A stretch of 64,000 nt of DNA from assembly GCF_009914755.1 (NCBI RefSeq), contig NC_060925.1; one strand, written 5' to 3'. The notes beneath the pieces are model-generated. The model searched no databases. It saw only the letters and a program-made list of their open reading frames with translations, and was not told the DNA's origin. The number at the start of each line of letters is the position of its first letter. Position 1 is the first letter of the stretch. Made by a program: the position numbers and the translations under genes. Positions 55,533 to 64,000 of this stretch are shown piece after piece. Source of the stretch: the human T2T-CHM13v2.0 reference genome, Homo sapiens.

Positions 55533-58500
55533 AGGAGGACAGTGATGGGAAATGTTTATGACGTTCCACGCACGTTTAATGCAACATGTGCTCTGCTCAA
55601 AAGACCCCTTGCTGTCAAGCGCTTCCTATGGTGCAGGGGTGCCACATGAGAGCCCAGGAGGGCCCTGGGGCCTGACTGGACAGAGCCAGGCAAGGGCTCG
55701 CTGGTGTTGGGATGGACACTCATGCTGCCCATCCAATCAGGGTCCCCTTGGAGAGGAAGACCTCATGTGGGGAATGCCAGCTCCGCTCTGCAGTTGAGGC
55801 TCACATTTTTGCCGTGAGCATTTTGGACGTGTTGCCCGGCTTGCTGGCTTTGGCAAAATTCCTCCCATTTGCACACAAAGCTCTGAGTGCTCTAGCCCCT
55901 GTCCCTGGATATGAAACACAGGGAAATGACATTCAGCCAGGGACACAGAGGCATCCCTGAGAGACGCTGGGCTGCAGCACAGATGGAGGATGGATGCATG
56001 TCCCAGTCCCTAAGACCAAGTTCACAGAGATGCTAGCAGCAGACACACTAAGTGGCTGCCACTTTTGTAGGATGCTAGAAAACCAGCTTGCTTTTCTGAA
56101 AACTGGTGAATGAAAGGTAGGAATCCTTTCTAGATACAAATTCTTTTTGAATGCAAATACAAATTTAAAGCCAAAACCATAGCAAAGGCCAGATCTAGGA
56201 GAAAAAAAAAAGATTCCAAAGTTGTTGAAAGCAATCCACACAGTGTAAGTTGCTGTGCACCCCCTAACCAGTTAGACAGAAGCTTGTGATTCCTCTGAAG
56301 ACGAATCCTGGGCGAGCTGCGATACTGGCCTTTGGGGCTGTGAGATGTCAGGCAGTCTCCCGACCCTGAGTCTTGGTCCTACCCCAGGTCAGCCACCTGC
56401 AGTGTGGGGATCCTCTGTATTGCACAGCAGGCTATAGGGTAGACACACACAGGCATGTACACACACGTGGATATATATGCTCGCCTGTGAGTAGACACAC
56501 GTGTACACACATGTATATGTGTGCCACCATGCACACACAAACATGGAGGGAGGAGAAACAGCAATCAGCTCCATGTCCAAGTCAGCCTCTGACTCTACTC
56601 AGGCCTCCAGACAGCCATTCCTTGCTGTGCAAATTAAATGCCAGAGGTTTGCAGGAAAGACTCATGCGTGACCTTCCAGGGATGGTAAATACATGAAATC
56701 CTTGATCTGATCCAGTCCTGCAGAAGCAGGATTTCCTGGACAAGCCTGGAGTGGAGAGGGTCCCTGGAGGGGAGGAAGCACTGTGTCCTGCCCTTTGCTG
56801 GGTTTGTTGACCAGGGTGGGGGGACCCTCCTTTGTCCCCTGCACCTCCAGAGTAGTCACCTACAGAAGAATGATGAAGCAGTCAGTGTGCGGACCGACTG
56901 CGTGTCCCCACCCAGGTGTCTGCCCCAGGCCTGGAGATCCTGGGAGGGGAGGTGTTGGGAGGAGGTGCACGTGGACAGCTGTGTCCATGACCCAGGCGGG
57001 TGCAGGAGATGCTCAGGGAAACCAGGACCCCAGGTATCTTCTGGAGCAGCAAACTCCAGGGCTTCATCCTCAGGATGGTGACTTGCTGTGAGGGTGGAGG
57101 TGGGCATGGGGTTGGGAGGACCTAGGGGTCAGGGCCTACCCCATCAGGAGCTTGGGCTCCTTGAGTAGGGAGCAGCATCCATGGGCCCAGCCAGGCCACA
57201 GAGCGGTGGGAAGAGAAGTGAGCTGCATGCTTGGCTTTGAGTAAACCCAGATTTTCCAGGGCAGTGGTGCTTGGAGCATAACGTTGAAGCCCGTGACAAG
57301 TACTGGGGACATTGAGCCTCAGGATGGATATCCTTTCTGACCCCGGGGATCCTGGGGCACCCCGTCTGGCTTCCCCGCCAACGATCTGAAAAGGTACATA
57401 CCTCCCTCTCTCCTTCCCTCCCTTCCAAAGAGGTCCTTCCTGAATGGCGCCTGCTCATGGTCAGCAGTTTGGGCAGGGGCCAGGTGTCAGGCAATAGGGG
57501 CTCTGGAGCCCAGCCTCCTTCCTGAGGTCTGACTCATGCTAGGAGCCGAGTGGCTGTGACTGAGCTGTCCTGGGGGCCTGAGAGACCCCCCCCCCTTCTA
57601 GAAGCCACGTGTGTAGATGGAAAGAAAGGCAGCTCAGCTCCACAAAATGGCTTTGTAGCTCAGCTTCTTCTGCAGGGTCTGGGGGATTCCTGCACTCGCA
57701 GCTCCGTCCAGCTGGCCCCCTCACCAGCGAAGCTCTTACACAGCCAGAGTCTGAAATGACTCCAGCTTTTCTGCCGGGGATTACATGGAACCAAAATCAT
57801 TCTTTCCACGAGGATTACACAATAGCATTTATTTTAGATGTTTCTTTCTCTGTTCTGGGGATAAGGAGTGAGACCTTCTGCCCTAAGCCCTTGGCTAGCA
57901 GGGACAGAGCCTGTTTCATGGAATACAGCCAAGGGGGACAGTTGAAGACTGACCCGCTTTCTACAGGAGGTGGGGACCCTGAGCGCTGGCCTCCATATGA
58001 GGGTCCTCACCACCCCCACACAGCCTGGCCCCTGCACATCTCCACTCGGCCTTGGAAACGGGGTGGGGCCCCTTGCCCACTGATGAGCTGTGAGAGTTGG
58101 ATGCCATCTACCCTACCCCACGCAGGACGCATCCTAGCTGCCAAAGTGTGCTTTGGGGATGGTGCGGCCACGTCCAGGAGGCAGAAGCACAGAGAATGTT
58201 TGGAAAACATGAAGTGAGCAAAAGCGTCCAGGCCCTTAACAACCAGGAGCTCTCACTGTCAGGCTGTGGAAGTGGCTGGTCCTCAAGGCCTGGGAACTTT
58301 GCGAGGCATCGTCGGCCCTCCTGACTCCAGGCTGTGCTTGAGCCCAGCAGCCTGGCTGGGCACATGGAGTGAGGCAGGGGCAGAGTGAGGTTCAGGCTCT
58401 TGGGGAGGGATGTGAAACCCATCCCAGTGCTCACCTTGGGGGCTATGTGGCTGGGCACGGGGGGTGAGGGTTGCCTGTGGGGATGGCGGGGAAAGTCACC

Positions 58501-59773
58501 GCAGCCAGCCCAGCCACTCCAGGTCTCAGCACATGGGGAGGATGCATGAGGGGGATCCTGAGCCTGGCTTCTGTGAGTGTCCCAAGCCCATGGACAGGAA
58601 GGAAGCCCCACCCCCTGAGAAGGGCTCCTTCCTCGACCTCAGGGGGGGCTCCTTCCTCGACCTCGGAGGCTCCTCTGAGCCCTCCTCTGATGAAGCCTTG
58701 ACCTTGGTTTGGCCTTGGTCAGTTCTCTTTGGCATGCCGAGCGCAGTTTTAGCAAGAACCCTGCTGAGACTGTTTACAAGAACCCCCACCCTTGACACCA
58801 GATCAATTTCTTGCAGAAGCTGTCCCCTGCCTGCCGGCTGCCCGCAGGGTCTGGAGGCCTCGCTGTGTTCTGAGCAGTGCTCAGCTCTGCGCAGCACCTC
58901 TCTTGCCTCTGCAGCTGCTCAGTGATATCCGCCTGGCTCCTCCTGATGGGCTGTTTCTCTATGACACTGCCCAGAACCAGGACACGACAGTGCCTCCCCT
59001 GACTCTCCCTGTGGGCCAGGGTCTGCCTCCCACTCCCCTGAGCACAGCGGGGTATGTGGAGCAGTGGGCTCTCCCGGGAGGTCTTTACCCTACTGGGAGG
59101 AAGCTCCTTACACAGCCCTTTCCAGGGTCCCTGCCATTCACTCGGCCCCTCCTTCGCCTCACAGGAGGCTATTGAGTGGGGAGGTAGGAGCCCCGACTCC
59201 GAGGCAGCCTGCGGGCCTCAGATCCCACCCACCCCTCCCCAGCACAGGAGGACGGTGGTGATGGAGAAGCTGGTTGGAGCTTCTCCTTCAGCACAGTGTG
59301 GGCAACACTAATGCCTCTGACCCTGGCCCGAGGGGAGCACTGCCCGAGGAGTGCTCGCTGGGGTGGCTGCCATGGTTATGGCTATCCCAGGCCCAAGTAA
59401 GGGTGAAATGGTAAGGAACGCAGGTCCCCACCCTCCCGGGGCTCACCTTCCTCTGGGGAAGGAGACCACGACCAACGGGTACCAAGGGTAGCGGCTGAGG
59501 TGACACGTGCGCAAGGGAGGGGCAGAGGCAGCATTTGGCCCCATCGGGCAAAAGCCAACATTGAAACGGGCAAACACTCACTGGCCGTCATTCCAGCGAG
59601 GCTGCCCAGCAGACAGCCCCTGCCGGCTCATCTGAATGACAGGCTCCGTGCCTCTCCTTTTCGCTGGGCTGTTCTAGAGCCCTGTGCCTGGGAGAACAAG
59701 GAGGGTAACGCAGAGGACCCCTTCCCAGAGGGAAGTAAGGGGATGCCACATGGAGTAGGTGCCACCCGTCCCG

Positions 59774-59917
59774 CCCAGAGCGAGGTGCAGATGCCAGGGA
59801 CCCTCTACCTGGGTCTCGTCTGCCGCGGATTGCTCTTTGTGCTCCCCAGAGCGAGGTGCAGATGCCAGGGACCCTCTCCCTGGGTCTCGTCTGCTGCGGA
59901 TTGCTCTCCGTGCTCCC
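59774..59917. repeat. Tandem duplication, 2 x 71 bp
   Basis: cccagagcgaggtgcagatgccagggaccctct.. starts at 59774 and 59845. Confidence 0.92.
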
Positions 59918-61627
59918 GGCCGCCTGTGCAGCTGGGGCTGGACTCTGGATCGTCCTTTAATCATTTTTTATATCAGATTGGTGCCTCATAAATTAACGAA
60001 CTAAGTGGAATTGTTAACATTGTTATTTTGTGTTTGCCTCAAAGTCATGATTTTACTCCTGAAAAGATTACACTTTAACTCCCCTTGGAGAGTGACCAGC
60101 TGAGGCTCCCCCAGGGTCCACAGAGCTGGCATCTGCAGAATGAGCAGTGGTGACTTGGAGAAAGGGGAGGGAGAGCAGCGGCAGAGGTTCCGAGGCCAGG
60201 AGGTGGGAGCAGTCCCAGAGTCTTAGCCAGCCCCCTTCCTGCCCAGCAGCCTGGACTGGAGTCTGACTGGGGGCTCCCTACCTCCGTCTGCACATCAGTA
60301 CACCTGCCCCGACGCCTGTCACATGACCTTACTCCTGGAGCTCCCGCGTCTCCTCACCCATTTTCTCTGCCTGTGCCAGGCAGCCAAGGACAGTGGTTGG
60401 GAAACACACATGGGGGCAGCCAGCTTTGGATCCAGACTCGGCTTGGACACTGCCCAGCTCTAGGCCTCGGGTGGTAACCTGGGCTCTGTGACTCTGCTTC
60501 CTCACATAATACATAGGGAAAGTGAAAATCCATATACCGTAGGAAGCCTGCCAGAGGCCCACGAAGGGGTCAGGCAGATGGGGTGAAAGAGAAGCTTACG
60601 GCCCATCAAAGTGGGCGCTCGTCCCGCCCCACCTGGGCTCCTTCACAGCCCCACTGCCCCAAGTTCACCTGCTGGAACCACCCCCGGGAGGGTGAGTGGG
60701 GCCCCACCTTATACCTACACCATCCAGGAGTGGGGTTGCTGTGCAGTCCCTGCACCCCAGGCCAGCATCAATGAGACCATGGTGGTCGGGAGCTGTGACC
60801 CCGGGCCCTCAGGGGGTTGCGGCAGGGGCAGGGGCTGGAGGCTGAAGGAGGCCCTTCTCACGGTCTGTGTCCTGGGCCGAGCCTGCTGAGCCACAGCTGG
60901 GACCAGCTGGTGCTTTTGGCACTGCACCTGCTGCTGAGCTCTGCCCCCAGAGACGTGCCCACCACAGCCGTGCTTGGGTCCCCAGATCCCGCAGCCTGGG
61001 GCTGGGAATGGAGCCACATTCAGGGCTCCAGGAGCAGGGCTGGGGGGCTGCCCGCCCTTCGCTGACAGCCACCTGGATGGCCACACTCAGTGGAGGACAT
61101 CTAGCTGCTCCAGGTGGTGCCGACAGGGGCCTTGTGGACCACCCAGAAGGCCACGTCTGCCCGGTTAAGATTCTGGGAGTGAAAGAAGAGGCAGCACCAC
61201 CGTGCCCTGCAGCCAGGACCCCCTGCGGCCCCAGCAGCTCTCTCCTCTCCCTCCTCCCGCCTGTCCTTCCTCACTCCCTAAGCAGTCCTGGCCAGAGGAA
61301 GGGACAGGTGCAAAGACAGAGGCCACTGGCCAGTCAGGGAAGGGGCAGTGCAGACAGGCACCGTGGTCATGGCACCCCTGGCTCTCACAGCAGGTTGGGC
61401 AGGCTGGGCCAAGGCCTGGGCACTCTTCCCTCCCTTCCCCTTCCTCCTCCCTCCCCCTCCTCCCCCCTCCCCCTTCTTATTTCCTGGGTTCACAGCACCT
61501 TTGAAGATTGCATTTTTATTATTTTCTACTCACATTCCTCTTCCCTTCTCTAGAACATGAGCACACTTGTCCTTGGGGCCAACACAACTGAAACAAGGGG
61601 CGACTGCTGGTGTTGGAGGTCATGGTG

Positions 61628-62095
61628 GGGTGTGTGCACTTATGTGTGTGTTGTGTGTATATGTCTCATGCTTATGCTACGTGTATATATGTGTTGTGTG
61701 TATGTGTGCTGTGCGTATATGCCCCATACATGTGTGTTGTGTGTATACATCTCATACATATTCTATGTGTATATATGCTGTGTGTATATGTGTTGCTGCA
61801 TATGTGTTCTGTGTATGGGTGTTGCATGTTGCATGTATGGGTGTTGTGTGTTGTGTGTATGGGTGTTACGTGTTCTGTGTATAGGTGTTATGTATTTTGT
61901 GTATGGGGGTTGTGTGGTGTGTGTATCATGGTGTGTGTATATGTACTCTGTGCATACGGGCTGTGTATATATATGCTGTGTGTATATGTTGCATATGTGT
62001 TGTGTGTATGGGCATTGCATGTTGTATGTATGGGGGTTACATGTTCTGTGTATGGGGGTTGCATTGCGTGTGTATAATGGTGTGTCTGCACGTGT
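61628..62095. repeat. (TG/TA)-rich low-complexity repeat
   Basis: Direct reading. Confidence 0.9.
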
Positions 62096-62384
62096 CTGGT
62101 TTGCTCCCATGGTGCTGGTTTCACTGCGTTGCATGTGTGTTTCACTGAACGGCATGTTTGCAGATCCATCCACCCAGCAGTGCTGGTGCTGAGGCCATGA
62201 CTCCTCAGTGCTGCACGCGACCCACTCTCTCCTTCCCGCCTCCCCTCAGGCTGACCCCAGCTCTGCACCTGCACAAACAGGGCTGAGCCTGCCCCAAGCC
62301 TGCCCTGGGCAGCAAATCTCCAGAACTTCCCTAAGCTCTGCCAGGTCCCCTTAGAGGAGGAGGGATTCCATTTCCCCACACACT

Positions 62385-64000
62385 CCACACACTCACCAAC
62401 ACTTGGAATTATTTGACTTTCAAATTTTTGCAAATTGGTTGGGTGTGAGGTGGAAAATCAATTCTCAAATTTGAATTTCTTCAATGATGATTGAGGCTGA
62501 AAATCTCCGTGTGTGTGCTGGCCACCAAGGCCTCCCCTTCTCTAAGTGCTTGTAGTTGTAGGGTTTCCTTTTATCTCCTACACTGATCACTCAGTAGCTT
62601 CAGCAAATATCCTCCCCTCAGCTGATTTTCTCTACTGTGCTCTTCCCTGACCAGACATCTTTATCCAGATGACAAAGATATTTTCTCACATGTTCTTTTC
62701 TTGGTAAAATTGGGGTAGTTTTAAGGGTCACACCTAGGACTGCACCCATCTGAGTTCACTTGGGTCTGGAATTGACTTTTTGTCATACAGCGAGCCGTTC
62801 TTCCAAACACAGCCACTGAACCATCCATCCTTTTTCCAGAGATAAAACCTCCACAGCTCACAGGGTTTCATTCTCAGCTTGTCCTGCCCTGTGTGGCTCT
62901 GCACCTGCCCCCACAGCTGTATTACACGGGTTCATTTTCTTGCCGTGGCAAGATGTCTCAGCCTGACTCTTCTTGTTCAAAAATATCTTAGCTATTTGTT
63001 AACCTTAGTTCAGCCCTGCAAATGTTAGAATAAGTTCATTTCTGTCCTTTAAAAGCTCTGATGAAATTTTGATTGAAGTGGAATGGACTCTATGATAGGA
63101 AGAACTGCTGTCTTTAAAATGACTACAGTTGACAATAATACATGGTAGATTTCAACTCAGCTAAAAGAGAAGCTTTGAAATGCTTCCAACACAGAGAAAT
63201 GATAACTATTTGAGATGTTGGATACGCTCACTACCCTGGTTTGATTGTGGCACATTCTATACATGTATCAAGATATCATGTGCCCCCTAAATATGTTGAA
63301 ATACTATGTAGAAATAAAATCGCATGAAGTTTTCACCCCTCAGCATGTTTCGGCTCTTCTACTCATCTTGTTTTATCTTCTTTAATGGAGGTTAAGCACT
63401 TCCTGGGAAGGCTGCATTCATTCTTTATTAGATTAATTTCTAGGTACTTTATAGACATTGCTGCAAATGTGAATAGCAGCTTTTTAAAAAATTGTTTTTC
63501 TAATTGATGATTGTCAACGCAGATGAATTCTAGCATTTTTGTGAGTTTTCTCTTTATCTAGAATCTCACCGACCTCTCCTACTATTTTGCTGGTGTTGTT
63601 TGTCTACATTTAGGATTTTTATACAGGTGATCACTCTCCATCTGCAAAAAGTGGTAGGTTCATTCCTTCCATTCAACTCTTTGCACCCTTATTTCTTGCT
63701 TGTGTCTGGCTGAGGGGACAAGACTAGCCGTCTTTGTGGAATGATTGTGTGAGTGGCGGGGAGCCTGGTCTTCTAAGCACCTCAAAGAGAATGCTTCAAA
63801 GCTCTGTTGAGTGTGATACCTGTTATAGGTGTTTTGAGATCACCTTTATCAGGTTAAGAAAGATTCTTATTCCTATTTTTCTGAGAAACTGTAGAGAGAG
63901 AGTTTCTAAACTGGGCTGAGGACTGAGCTCTGTCAAGTTATTTTTTGCACGTATTAATCACCTTTGTAGTCTACAAATGTGAATTCTCCTTTTTCTTTTC
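62385..64000. mobile_element. Ancient antisense L1M fragments, with a sense L1MA-type 3' end at about 63120-63320
   Basis: AT-rich. tccaacacagagaaatgataactatttgagatg..gatacgc..taccctg.tttgat is typical of the L1MA 3' end; ctttatcaggttaagaaagattc is antisense ORF2. Confidence 0.75.

Noticed and set aside
61557-62192. Cys/Val/Tyr-rich 211-aa ORF resembling a membrane or metal-binding protein
   Set aside because: Translation of the TG/TA low-complexity repeat.

Overview
Primate, most likely human, GC-rich genomic DNA. The only supportable protein-coding gene is the intronless testis actin-related gene ACTRT2 (43307-44440, +, 377 aa). From recall, this places the window at human 1p36.32, upstream of PRDM16, which is not in the window. 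The rest is intergenic: Alus (one matching AluYg6), L1 fragments, MIRs, MaLR LTRs (one complete MST element with TSD), a decayed ERVL provirus, many minisatellites and simple repeats, and several AT-rich, motif-dense islands that look like enhancers. The most unusual signal is a set of short, locally templated copies. The best case is a ~270-bp mosaic at 51883-52153: a small hairpin followed by three pieces copied from 1-2.5 kb away, one of them inverted. Nearly all other ORFs in the track are GC-rich or repeat artefacts. Repeat subfamily names come from my recall of consensus sequences, and old-repeat boundaries are approximate.
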